Below, in pieces: positions 38,068 through 48,004 of a DNA stretch of 64,000 bases (positions within the stretch are counted from its first letter, which is position 1; every line of letters starts with the position of its first letter). Source of the stretch: Phycisphaerae bacterium (GTDB taxonomy: Bacteria > Planctomycetota > Phycisphaerae > UBA1845); NCBI GenBank assembly GCA_963666835.2, contig CAXXGO010000001.1:1664001-1728000 (forward strand). The letters run 5' to 3'. A model generated the notes under the pieces. It saw only the letters and a program-made list of their open reading frames with translations. It ran no database searches and was not told the DNA's origin. A program made the position numbers and the translations under genes.

Positions 38068-39672
38068 ATGAGTGTTAAACCTTCCGCCGGCTGCTGCTGC
38101 AGTTCGAACGCGGGAAAGAAGGACCGGCCGTTTGTCGGACCGGATGAACTCGGTGATTTCAATCCGGCGGTAGCCCTGGGCGAACCCGGGAGCTTCCCGT
38201 TCACCCGCGGCCCGCATCGGACAATGTACCGCGAGCGGCTCTGGACGATGCGGCAGTTTGCCGGGTTCGGTTCCGCGGACGACACCAACCAGCGGTTCAA
38301 GTATCTGCTGGGGCACGGGCAAACCGGCCTGAGCACAGCGTTCGATCTGCCTACCCTGATGGGGCGCGATAGTGACGACCCTCTGGCACTTGGAGAGGTG
38401 GGCCGGTGTGGGGTGGCGATCTCCTCACTGGCCGACATGCGGCGCCTGTTCGACGGAATCGACCAGAGCCGGGTCAGCACGAGTATGACTATCAACGCCC
38501 CCGCGGCGATTCTGCTGGCGTTCTACGTCGCGGTCGCCCAGGAGCATGGCGTGCCTCTGGAACAGCTTCGTGGCACCCTGCAGAATGACATTCTCAAGGA
38601 ATTCCACGCTCAGAACGAGTACGTCTTTCCGCCGGTCCCCAGCGTGAAGCTGGTGGTTGACACGATCGAGTTCTGTACCGAGCACATGCCGCAGTGGAAC
38701 ACCGTCAGCGTCAGCGGGTACCACATTCGCGAGGCCGGGGCGACCGCCGCCGAAGAGCTGGCCTTCACCCTGGCGGACGGAATGGCCTATGTGGAAGGCT
38801 CCATCGCGCGGGGGATGGACGTTGACGCCTTCTTACCGCGATTGAGCTTCTTCTTCGATGTGCACAACGACTTCTTCGAGGAGATTGCCAAGTTGCGGGC
38901 GGCGCGGCGCATTTGGGCGTACGTGGCCCGGGATCGGTTCAAGGCCAAGAAGGAACGAAGCTGGTTGTTACGCATGCACTGCCAGACGGCCGGTGTGAGC
39001 CTTACCGAACAGCAGCCGATGAACAACCTGATGCGCGTCGCGTATCAAGCCCTCGCGGCCGTGCTCGGTGGTACCCAGTCTCTGCATACCAACAGTATGG
39101 ACGAGACTCTCGCGTTGCCCTCCGAGCATGCGGTCAAGCTTGCTCTGCGGACCCAGCAGTTGCTGGCCCATGAAACGAACGTCACCCAGTCGGTCGACCC
39201 GCTGGGTGGCAGCTACTTCGTGGAGAAGATGACGAACGAGATCGAGGCCAAGGCCCAGGCGATCTTCAAGCAGATCGATGAGCTGGGCGGCGTGGTCAAG
39301 GCCATCGACCAGGGCTACTTCCGGCGGCGCATTGCCGAGTCCGCCCAGGCCGAGCAGCGGCAGATCGAGTCGGGCGAGAAGAAGGTGGTCGGCGTTACGG
39401 ACTTCGCCGAGGACGGTCCCCCCGGGGTCGATCTTCTGCAGATTACGCAGGACACCGAGGACGCCCAGGTCGCCCGCCTGAAGGAGCTTAAGGCCCAGCG
39501 CGATCAGGGTAAGCACGCCGCCGCCCTCGAGCGTTTGCGGAAAGATGCGGCAGACGGTGTCAATGTTATGCCGGCTTTGATCGAGGCGGCCAAGGCCGAC
39601 GCGACGGTCGGCGAGATGATGGAAACGATGAAATCGGTTTTTGGTGCGTATGACGGCGGGCCCGAGTGGTAA
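38068..39672 (+). CDS. B12-dependent acyl-CoA mutase large (substrate-binding) subunit, isobutyryl-CoA mutase type
   Basis: [59 protein letters not shown]. No C-terminal B12 domain. Confidence 0.9.
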   Translation: MSVKPSAGCCCSSNAGKKDRPFVGPDELGDFNPAVALGEPGSFPFTRGPHRTMYRERLWTMRQFAGFGSADDTNQRFKYLLGHGQTGLSTAFDLPTLMGRDSDDPLALGEVGRCGVAISSLADMRRLFDGIDQSRVSTSMTINAPAAILLAFYVAVAQEHGVPLEQLRGTLQNDILKEFHAQNEYVFPPVPSVKLVVDTIEFCTEHMPQWNTVSVSGYHIREAGATAAEELAFTLADGMAYVEGSIARGMDVDAFLPRLSFFFDVHNDFFEEIAKLRAARRIWAYVARDRFKAKKERSWLLRMHCQTAGVSLTEQQPMNNLMRVAYQALAAVLGGTQSLHTNSMDETLALPSEHAVKLALRTQQLLAHETNVTQSVDPLGGSYFVEKMTNEIEAKAQAIFKQIDELGGVVKAIDQGYFRRRIAESAQAEQRQIESGEKKVVGVTDFAEDGPPGVDLLQITQDTEDAQVARLKELKAQRDQGKHAAALERLRKDAADGVNVMPALIEAAKADATVGEMMETMKSVFGAYDGGPEW

Positions 39673-39703
39673 CGCCGGTTAGTGTCTTTCAGGATTATCC
39701 GCG

Positions 39704-40813
39704 GTGACTGACGGCAAGTATCCCCCCAGGGTCCTTCTGGCGAAGATCGGTCTGGACGGCCACGATCGTGGTGTCAAGGTTTTGGCACGCTCGTTTCGTG
39801 ACGCCGGACTCGAAGTGATTTATACCGGTTTGTGGCAAACGTGCGAGGCGACCATGTGCGCCGCTTTGCAGGAGGACGTCGACGTCGTCGGGGTCAGCCT
39901 GCTTTCGGCCGCGCACATGACGGTGATGCCCGAGATTCTGCGCATTCGCAAAGAGCTCGACATCGAGCACATCCCGATCGTCCTCGGCGGCATTGTGCCC
40001 GAAGCCGACAAGCCGGCGGTGTTGGATCTCGGGGTCGCCGCCGTGTTCAACCCCGGTTCACCCATGGACAAGATCATCGAAACGCTTCGGGACCTGGCCG
40101 CCGGGCATCCCTCGTTCGGTTTCGATGAGATAATCGCCGGATACGCCAAACGCGACCCGCACGCCCTGGCGAAGATGATAACAATCCTGCAGCGCGGTGA
40201 CGGGTTGAACGGTTGGACTCCACCGGCGGGCGATGCCAAGGTCATCGGCGTCACCGGAGCCCCCGGGGTCGGTAAGAGTTCCGTCATCGGCAAGCTGGGG
40301 CTGATGCTCCGCGAGCGCGGCAAGCGGGTCGCGGTGGTTGCCATCGACCCGAGTAGTCCGGTCACCGGTGGAGCCCTCCTCGGCGACCGTTTGCGGATGA
40401 TGGCCGGGGCTCCGGATGTCGATTTCTTCGTGCGCAGCCTCTCGTCCGGAAAGGGCGGCGGGAGCCTGTCTCCGCAGTGTCCCGATGTTGTCAAGATCCT
40501 CAACGGGTTCGGGTTTGACTACATCCTCGTCGAGACGGTAGGGGCGGGCCAGGCCGACGTGGGCATCCGGGAGTTGAGCGATCACACCGTGCTGTTGCTC
40601 ATGCCCGACAGCGGTGACTCCGTCCAGTTCTCCAAGGCCGGCATCATGGAAATCGCCAGTTGCTTCGTCGTGAACAAGTGCGATCTCGCCGGGGCGGACG
40701 CGACGGAAGCGCAACTGATGAGTGCGGTGGGGGAGACCCGCCCGGTGTTCAGGGTCAGCACCATCCGCAACGAAGGGCTCGGATCCGTTGCCGACTGGAT
40801 AACCGGTCTGTAG
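39704..40813 (+). CDS. Cobalamin-binding mutase small subunit fused to MeaB/ArgK GTPase
   Basis: KIGLDGHDRG (DxHxxG), SLLSAAH, GGIVP; then GVTGAPGVGKSS, IDPSSP.TGGALLGDR.RM, ETVGAGQ, KAGIME, NKCD. Confidence 0.92.
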   Translation: MTDGKYPPRVLLAKIGLDGHDRGVKVLARSFRDAGLEVIYTGLWQTCEATMCAALQEDVDVVGVSLLSAAHMTVMPEILRIRKELDIEHIPIVLGGIVPEADKPAVLDLGVAAVFNPGSPMDKIIETLRDLAAGHPSFGFDEIIAGYAKRDPHALAKMITILQRGDGLNGWTPPAGDAKVIGVTGAPGVGKSSVIGKLGLMLRERGKRVAVVAIDPSSPVTGGALLGDRLRMMAGAPDVDFFVRSLSSGKGGGSLSPQCPDVVKILNGFGFDYILVETVGAGQADVGIRELSDHTVLLLMPDSGDSVQFSKAGIMEIASCFVVNKCDLAGADATEAQLMSAVGETRPVFRVSTIRNEGLGSVADWITGL

Positions 40814-40865
40814 CTGACATTATTCTCCGGGCTGCTTACCGGAAGGTCCTTCGCTTGGTGTATCT

Positions 40866-43061
40866 ATGGCAGCCACTCGCCGAAATCGCGCCGGCGGCGA
40901 TCGCAGACGGCCTGCCGCGCCCCCGCGCTTACCGGCGACGGAGATCGCCCCGACAGTAGACGAATCGCCCAGCCGCAACTCGGCCCTTCTCGTCACGTCG
41001 GGCGCCGTAATCCTCCTAATGACGGTCGTGGCATACGTCCCGGCCATGCACGGCGAGTTCGTCTGGGACGACAACCTCTACGTCTCCGAAAACGACACTC
41101 TAAGCTCGTCGGACGGGCTGAGCCGGATCTGGTTCGATATCGGGGCGACGCCGCAGTACTACCCGCTCGTCTTCACGATGTTCTGGGCCGAGCGGCAACT
41201 CTGGGGGCTCGACACGTTCGGCTATCACGTGGTCAACGTGCTGCTTCACGGGCTAACGGCCGTTCTTCTGTGGTTCGTGTTGCGCAAGCTGGCCGTGCCG
41301 GGGGCGTGGCTCGCGGCCGCTGTCTTTGCATTGCATCCGGTACACGTCGAATCGGTCGCGTGGATCACCGAACGTAAGAACGTCCTCTCCGGCGTTTTCT
41401 ACATGGCGACTTTGCTGGCGTATCTGCGCTTCTCCGGCCTGCCCAACGTCGGCGGCACGCCGCGGCGCTGGGGGTACTATGGCTTGGCGCTGTTGCTCTT
41501 CGTTTGCGCGCTGTTTAGCAAGACCGTGACCTGCACGCTCCCGGCCGTGTTGCTTCTGTTGGTCTGGTGGAAGGCGGGCCGGCTCCGCGCGGAAGATGTG
41601 CTTCCGGTGGTACCGATGTTCGTAATCGGTGCCGCCTTGGGCCTTACGATCGCCGCTACCGAAGCCAACGTCGTCGGAGCGCACGGGGCCGAGTGGGATT
41701 TCTCGCCTGTTGACCGCGTTCTGATTGCCGGTCGGGTGGCGTGGTTCTACCTGGGGAAGCTCCTCTGGCCTGCGAACCTGAGCTTCGTGTACTACCGCTG
41801 GCAGGTCGACGCGGCGCAGTGGTGGCAATACCTCTTCCCGGCGGCGGTGGCCGCGGTACTTGCCGTTCTCGTTCTGATGCGGCGGCGGATCGGACGCGGC
41901 CCCCTCGTGGCCATGCTGTTCTTTGGGGGCACGCTGTTCCCCGCGCTGGGCTTCTTCAATGTCTATTTCATGCGTTATTCGTTCGTGGCGGATCACTTCC
42001 AATACCTGGCCAGCATCGGTCCGATTGTCTTGGCGGCGAGCGTTCTCACATGGTTAGGCCGCATGAAAAAGGGGACAGGCGCGTCGCCGAAGGCGTCTGT
42101 TGGTACCGTGAGCGGGAATCCGCTCGGAGCGGGTCCCCTTCTTCAACGGCCGCCGTTTGGCGTGGTGATCTGCGGTACGGTCGTCTTGCTGGTTCTGGGC
42201 ACGCTAACGTGGCGTCAGAGTCGGGTCTTTGCCAACCTGGAGACGCTATGGCGAGACACGCTGGCCAAGAACCCGTCGGCCTGGTCCGCCCACAACAACC
42301 TCGGGAACCTGCTGTTCAAACGCGGGGATTACGCCGAGGCGGCCAAGTGCTATGCCGAAGCGGTTCGCCTCAAGCCGGATTTCCCGCAAGCCCTGGGCGG
42401 GGTCGGGATCAGCTTAGCCCGATCCGGCCGCCACGCCGAGGCGGTTTCTTATTTTGAACGGGCTGTCGCTCTTCGCCCGCACAGTGCCATGCAACACCGC
42501 AACCTGGCGCTTTCGCTGACGCAAGTCGGGCGAAGCCAGGAGGCCGCTGAGCATTTTCGCCAGGCGATCAAGTTCAAACCGGATTGGGCCGAAGCCCATA
42601 GTGACTTCGCATCGTCACTTCTGCGCCAGGGCGATATGGCGACAGCGGAACGACATTGTCGAGAAGCGTTGCGGTTAGACCCGACCTCCGCAAGGGCTTA
42701 TGGCGTGCTGGCGGCAGTTCTCAGTCGACAGGACAAGTTGGACGAGGCGATCGAAACATATCAGAAGGCACTGGATCTTGATCCCGAATCTCCGGCGATG
42801 CACAACAACCTGGCCAACGCTCTTTACCGCAAGGGGGACACCGCCGGGGCGATTAGCCAGTACCGGCAAGCGCTGAAGCGAGCCCCGCGCGATGCCGATA
42901 CGCACTGCAATCTCGGCATTGCATTGATGAAGAGCGGCAACCACCGCGAAGCGGTCGCCGAGCTGGAACGCGCCGTGGCCATAGACCCCAGCCTCACCAG
43001 AGCCCACCGCGCCTTACGCGACGCCCGCGCCAACTTGCCCAGCCGGTCCGACGGCGATTGA
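40866..43061 (+). CDS. TMTC-like GT-C membrane glycosyltransferase with C-terminal TPR repeats
   Basis: FVWDD..Y, YYPL, YHVVNVLLH, FALHPVHVESVAWI.ERK, LFSK, VADHFQYL, LWRDTL.KNP, then about 7 TPRs. Confidence 0.85.
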   Translation: MAATRRNRAGGDRRRPAAPPRLPATEIAPTVDESPSRNSALLVTSGAVILLMTVVAYVPAMHGEFVWDDNLYVSENDTLSSSDGLSRIWFDIGATPQYYPLVFTMFWAERQLWGLDTFGYHVVNVLLHGLTAVLLWFVLRKLAVPGAWLAAAVFALHPVHVESVAWITERKNVLSGVFYMATLLAYLRFSGLPNVGGTPRRWGYYGLALLLFVCALFSKTVTCTLPAVLLLLVWWKAGRLRAEDVLPVVPMFVIGAALGLTIAATEANVVGAHGAEWDFSPVDRVLIAGRVAWFYLGKLLWPANLSFVYYRWQVDAAQWWQYLFPAAVAAVLAVLVLMRRRIGRGPLVAMLFFGGTLFPALGFFNVYFMRYSFVADHFQYLASIGPIVLAASVLTWLGRMKKGTGASPKASVGTVSGNPLGAGPLLQRPPFGVVICGTVVLLVLGTLTWRQSRVFANLETLWRDTLAKNPSAWSAHNNLGNLLFKRGDYAEAAKCYAEAVRLKPDFPQALGGVGISLARSGRHAEAVSYFERAVALRPHSAMQHRNLALSLTQVGRSQEAAEHFRQAIKFKPDWAEAHSDFASSLLRQGDMATAERHCREALRLDPTSARAYGVLAAVLSRQDKLDEAIETYQKALDLDPESPAMHNNLANALYRKGDTAGAISQYRQALKRAPRDADTHCNLGIALMKSGNHREAVAELERAVAIDPSLTRAHRALRDARANLPSRSDGD

Positions 43062-43194
43062 CCTATAGGATCTATTCAGCACGATCGGGCTGTGGGACCG
43101 GATTAACTTCCGGCACACTCGCGTGCCCAACCGCCCGGCGGGTCTGCTCTCAATGCACTACGCTCCTGATATCGGCGGTTGCGTCGCTTTTTTC

Positions 43195-43224
43195 TTGACA
43201 ACCGCGGGCAGAAGAAACTACTAT
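43195..43224 (+). promoter_or_regulatory. Sigma-70-like promoter for the Cys-rich protein tandem
   Basis: TTGACA-18 bp-TACTAT. Confidence 0.5.
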
Positions 43225-43342
43225 GACACTTTATTGTGGCGTTGTTGTTTGCTAACTCGATGTAAGACGCGTTCTGCTCCTTCTCCGGGAGGAGGCACGT
43301 TATTGAGCTTGGGCGTTCGTCTCGGTCTGTAGGAGGTCACGT

Positions 43343-45439
43343 GTGATGAAAAACAGGCAAGCATGCGCGAAGTTGGCGATTGCGGCGTTGGTGGTGTTTG
43401 GCTGGATCACGGGCGGCCTCTCGGCTGATCCCGGCGAGATTAGTCCACATCCTGACGACGGCAATGTGGTCTCTAAGGTCGGGCCCACGTTCGGCGGTGT
43501 CCATCGCGATTCCGTGCTATTCAATGCCGATCCGCGCGATACGTGCCCGTTTGAGAGTGCCACCAACTGCAAAGAGGATGACGTCGACGGCGTGATTGTG
43601 ATGACCGATCGGGCCAACGAAGTCCGGGTCGCCGACGACTTCCGCCCGGCCGGCACGCAGATCGGCGAAATCTGCTGGACGGCGGGCTACTACGGTGGCA
43701 ACGACGAGGTCGGCCAGTTCGAGTGTGCGGACAATCCGCCGCCGGACCACTGGGTCGTCCGTTTCTATGAGGATCTCGGTGGTCTTCCCAGCGTCGAGAT
43801 CGGCCCGGCCGGCGGTCAGGAGGTGACGATTCTGGCCTCGAGCCAGCACGGTGGCGGGAGCCGCCTGTGGGACTATGCCGCCAGTATTCCGACGGCGATC
43901 TTTGTGACTCCGGGCGAGTGCTACTGGATGGAACTCACCGGTATGGGTGAAGGCCCGACAGGTTGCCACACGTACTGGTCGACTGCTATCGAGGGTAACG
44001 ACTACTCTGTGCGCGACGACTTCAACTATCCGGAATACGGTCCTGAAGACGTTGACAATCTGGACATGATCTTCTGCATAGATACAGGTCTCTCGGGCAC
44101 GACCGACTGCGGTGACATCCTCGCGGCTTGCTGCACGTGCCCGGGTTGCACGCCTGGTTTGACTGAGGCGGAGTGCATTGACGGCCTGCAAGGTGTCTGG
44201 CGTCTGGGTAACACCTGTGCGACAGCCGCGTGTCCGGACGATGCGCCATACAACGAAGAGTGCGAGGATGCCGAGACGGACACGGCCGCGGATACCTGGC
44301 GGTGCCGCGGCGGTCTAAACGACGGTCAGGTATGTGACCCCGCCAACGTCCACGGCGACTGCCCGGATGACGGCGACGACATCGGGTACTGCGTTGCCTA
44401 CCGTGTTCTGCCGTTTGAGAACGTCTGTGCGGCCCGCGAGAACCCTGCCAATCCGCCGACCGATTGCGGTGGCACGGGTAACCTGCGGTACGACATCTGG
44501 TACCGGTACACTGCCCCGGCCCGCGGGGAATTGAAGGTGTCGACGTGTCCGTCGGACGACAATCCCGACTCCGCCGGAGTAATCCGCTGGCCCTCCATGC
44601 TGGCGATTTACGATACCGCTACGTGCCCGGTGACGGCTGATGACGAGATGACCTGCGGCGACGATGAGTGCGACTGGGCGGGTGGGGCCGAGGTAACAGT
44701 TGCCGTCATGGCCGGTCAGGAATACACCGTCCGTATCGGTGCTTGGAGCGCGCCGAAAACCTACACCAATCAGCGTGGTTATGGTGAGGTCGAGTTCAGC
44801 TTCATCGATGCCGATCTCGTCTACGAGCCGCCGGTTGCGGCGCCTGCCCCGGAGGATGGCCCGAAGAACCGGTACATCTCGATCAGGTCGGGGAATGTCG
44901 GTAGCCCGGTTACGCTGCAGGTAACGGTAGCGTCCAGCCAGTACTTCCCGGATTCGGTCGACGAGACCAAGTATGTCGATCCGACTCCCAATTACAAGGG
45001 CTACTACCGGTTGACTACGACGGTGCCGACCCCAGTTGTCTGGCCCGAAGAGGATCTGCACGTTTTCGATTGCATGATCCACCCGGCCGCGACCTTCGAG
45101 GTCCGGGCCGGTGACGGTGTTGGCACTTGGTCGAATCCTCTACGGGTTCCGACGTCACCAAAGCCGGGCGAGAAATACTGGGGCGACTGCGTTGGGGCCT
45201 TTACCGGTACCTGGCAGCCGCCGGAAGGTAACATGAGTCTGAACGACCTGATGGCCGCACTGCAGGCGTTCAGTGGTGCTGCGACGGCTCCGCCGCTTCA
45301 CTGGGTGGACGTGCATAATGAGGGTCCCAACCAGTTGATTGGTATGTCGGACGTTCTGTTGTTAATGCACGCGTTTGGCGGTTCTCCGTATCCGTATACG
45401 TACGATCCGGGTACCCCGGGCGCGCCGTGTACTTACTGA
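43343..45439 (+). CDS. Secreted Cys/Asp-rich surface protein, paralog 1 (beta-sandwich domains + degenerate dockerin-like C-terminus)
   Basis: AGGAGG RBS and signal peptide; homologous throughout to 45715-47818 and to the C-terminal ~630 aa of 58084-62943. Confidence 0.88.
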   Translation: MMKNRQACAKLAIAALVVFGWITGGLSADPGEISPHPDDGNVVSKVGPTFGGVHRDSVLFNADPRDTCPFESATNCKEDDVDGVIVMTDRANEVRVADDFRPAGTQIGEICWTAGYYGGNDEVGQFECADNPPPDHWVVRFYEDLGGLPSVEIGPAGGQEVTILASSQHGGGSRLWDYAASIPTAIFVTPGECYWMELTGMGEGPTGCHTYWSTAIEGNDYSVRDDFNYPEYGPEDVDNLDMIFCIDTGLSGTTDCGDILAACCTCPGCTPGLTEAECIDGLQGVWRLGNTCATAACPDDAPYNEECEDAETDTAADTWRCRGGLNDGQVCDPANVHGDCPDDGDDIGYCVAYRVLPFENVCAARENPANPPTDCGGTGNLRYDIWYRYTAPARGELKVSTCPSDDNPDSAGVIRWPSMLAIYDTATCPVTADDEMTCGDDECDWAGGAEVTVAVMAGQEYTVRIGAWSAPKTYTNQRGYGEVEFSFIDADLVYEPPVAAPAPEDGPKNRYISIRSGNVGSPVTLQVTVASSQYFPDSVDETKYVDPTPNYKGYYRLTTTVPTPVVWPEEDLHVFDCMIHPAATFEVRAGDGVGTWSNPLRVPTSPKPGEKYWGDCVGAFTGTWQPPEGNMSLNDLMAALQAFSGAATAPPLHWVDVHNEGPNQLIGMSDVLLLMHAFGGSPYPYTYDPGTPGAPCTY

Positions 45440-45714
45440 CGTGATTGCCCACGCGGGTACCGTTTCCCGGGAGGTCGTCCGGTGCTTCTCCCCCCTTACG
45501 AAGGGGGGATAGAGCGGGCTCGATGTCGACGGAGACGAACCTCGTCCGCCCCTTTTTTGGTGAGGAGGGCAGAAAGAAACGCGGCAGTTATGACGCTCGC
45601 ACAGTTGCGGTGTTATCGTTGGCCGGCTCGACGTAAGGCGTGGTCCGCTCGCTTCTCAGAGGGAATACGTGTTATTGACCTGAGATGTTCGTCTCGGTCT
45701 GTAGGAGGTTACGT

Positions 45715-47818
45715 GTGATGAAGAACAGGCAAGCATGCGCGAAGTTGGCGATTACGGCGTTGGTGGTGTTTGGCTGGATCACTGGCGGCCTCTCGGCTGA
45801 TCCCGGCGAGATTGGTCCACAACCTGACGACGGCAATGTGGTCTCTAAGGTCGGGCCCACGTTCGGCGGTGTCCATCGCGATTCCGTGCTATTCAATGCC
45901 GATCCGCGCGATACGTGCCCGTTTGAGAGTGCCACCAACTGCAAAGAGGATGACGTCGACGGCGTGATTGTGATGACCGATCGGGCCAACGAAGTCCGGG
46001 TCGCCGACGACTTCCGCCCGGCCGGCACGCAGATCGGCGAAATCTGCTGGACGGCGGGCTACTACGGTGGCAACGACGAGGTCGGCCAGTTCGAGTGTGT
46101 GGACAATCCGCCGCCGGACCACTGGGTCGTCCGTTTCTATGAGGATCTCGGTGGTCTTCCCAGCGTCGAGATCGGCCCGGCCGGCGGTCAGGAGGTGACG
46201 ATTCTGGCCTCGAGCCAGCACGGTGGCGGGAGCCGCCTGTGGGACTATGCCGCTTCAGTATTCCGACGGCGATCTTTGTGACTCGCGGAGCGAGTGCTAC
46301 TGGATGGAACTCACCGGTATGGGTGAAGGCCCGACACGGTTGCCACACGTACTGGTCGACTGCTATCGAGGGTAACGACTACTCTGTGCGCGACGACTTC
46401 AACTATCCGGAATACGGTCCTGAAGACGTTGAACAATCTGGACATGAGTCTTCTGCATAGATACAGGTCTCTCGGGCACGACCGACTGCGGTGACATCCT
46501 CGCGGCTTGCTGCACGTGCCCGGGTTGCACGCCTGGTTGTGACTGCAGGCGGATTGTGCATTGACGGCCTGGAAGGTGCATCTGGCGTCTGGGTAACACC
46601 TGATTGCGACAGTCGGCGGCGTGTCCGGACGATGCGCCATACAACGAAGAGTGCGAGGATGCCGAGACGGACACGGCCGCGGATACCTGGCGGTGCCGCG
46701 GCGGTCTAAACGACGGTCAGGTATGTGACCCCGCCAACGTCCACGACGACTGCCCGGACGACGGCGACGCCATCGGGTACTGCGTTGCCTACCGCGTTCT
46801 GCCGTTCGAGAACGTCTGTACGGAGCGAGCCACTGTCCCATGGACCAGTTGCGGCGGCGCTGGTAGATTGGGGTACGATGTTTGGTACCGGTACACTGCC
46901 CCGGCCAACGGGGAGTTGAAGGTGTCGACGTGCCCGTCAAGCGATAACCCCGACTTCGCTGGGGTCCTTTGGGACTCCATGCTGGCGATCTACGACTCCA
47001 GCACCTGCCCGGTAACCGAGGACGACGAGATCAACTGCGGCGACGAAGAGTGCGACATTGTGGGGCCGTCTGAAATCACTGTCGCCGTCCGTGCCGGTCA
47101 GGAATACACGGTTCGCGTTGGTGGTTGGGATGCGCCGATCAGCTACCCCAACTCGCGTGGTTGGGGTGAGGTTGAGTTCAGCTTCATTGAGGTTGAGGTC
47201 GCCTACTTGCCGCCGGTTGCGGCGCCTGCCCCGGAGGACGGCCCGAAGAACCGGTACATCTCGATCAGGTCGGGGAATGTCGGTAGCCCGGTTACGCTGC
47301 AGGTAACGGTAGCGTCCAGCCAGTACTTCCCGGCTTCGGTCGACGAGACCAAGTATGTCGATCCGACTCCCAATTACAAGGGCTACTACCGGTTGACTAC
47401 GACGGTGCCGACCCCAGTTGTCTGGCCCGAAGAGGATCTGCACGTTTTCGATTGCATGATCCACCCGGCCGCGACCTTCGAGGTCCGGGCCGGTGACGGT
47501 GTTGGCTCTTGGTCGAATCCTCTACGGGTTCCGACGTCACCAAAGCCGGGCGAGAAATACCATGGGGCGACTGCGTTGGGGCCTTTACCGGTACCTGGCA
47601 GCCGCCGGAAGGTAACATGAGTCTGAACGACCTGATGGCCGCACTGCAGGCGTTCGGTGTTGCTGCGACGGCTCCGCCGCTTCACTGGGTGGACGTGCAT
47701 AGATGAGGGTCCCAACCAGTTGATTGGTATGTCGGACGTTCTGTTGTTAGTGAACGCGTTTGGCGGTTCTCCGTATTCGTACGATCCGGGTACCCCGGGC
47801 GCGCCGTGTACTCACTGA
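45715..47818 (+). pseudogene. Tandem paralog 2 of the Cys-rich surface protein, frameshifted as assembled (possibly intact in vivo)
   Basis: DNA near-identical to 43343-45439 at offset ~2372, except for one divergent block. More than ten 1-2 nt insertions at 46250-46620, ~47560 and ~47700. Confidence 0.75.
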
Positions 47819-47868
47819 CGTGATTGCCCACGCGGGTACCGTTTCCCGGGAGGTCGTCCGATGTTCGT

Positions 47869-47950
47869 CCCCCCTTACCAAGGGGGGATAGAGCGGGGTC
47901 TGTTCCGACGGAAAAGAACCTCCCCCGGCCCCTCCTTGGTAAGGAGGGGA
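47869..47950. repeat. REP-like CCCCCTT..AAGGGGG / CCCCTCCTT..AAGGAGGGG hairpin pair
   Basis: Two hairpins; a degraded copy lies at 45490-45570 after paralog 1. Confidence 0.65.
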
Positions 47951-48004
47951 GAAGGAAACGGCGCGGGTACCCCGTCCTTGCGCAGCAAGGGTGGGGGACA
48001 GATC

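Noticed and set aside
38068..39672. Methylmalonyl-CoA mutase
   Set aside because: Specificity positions are Phe/Gln rather than Tyr/Arg.
46250..46620. Programmed frameshifting or phase variation in paralog 2
   Set aside because: The insertions are numerous and not in slippery sites or homopolymer/SSR tracts.
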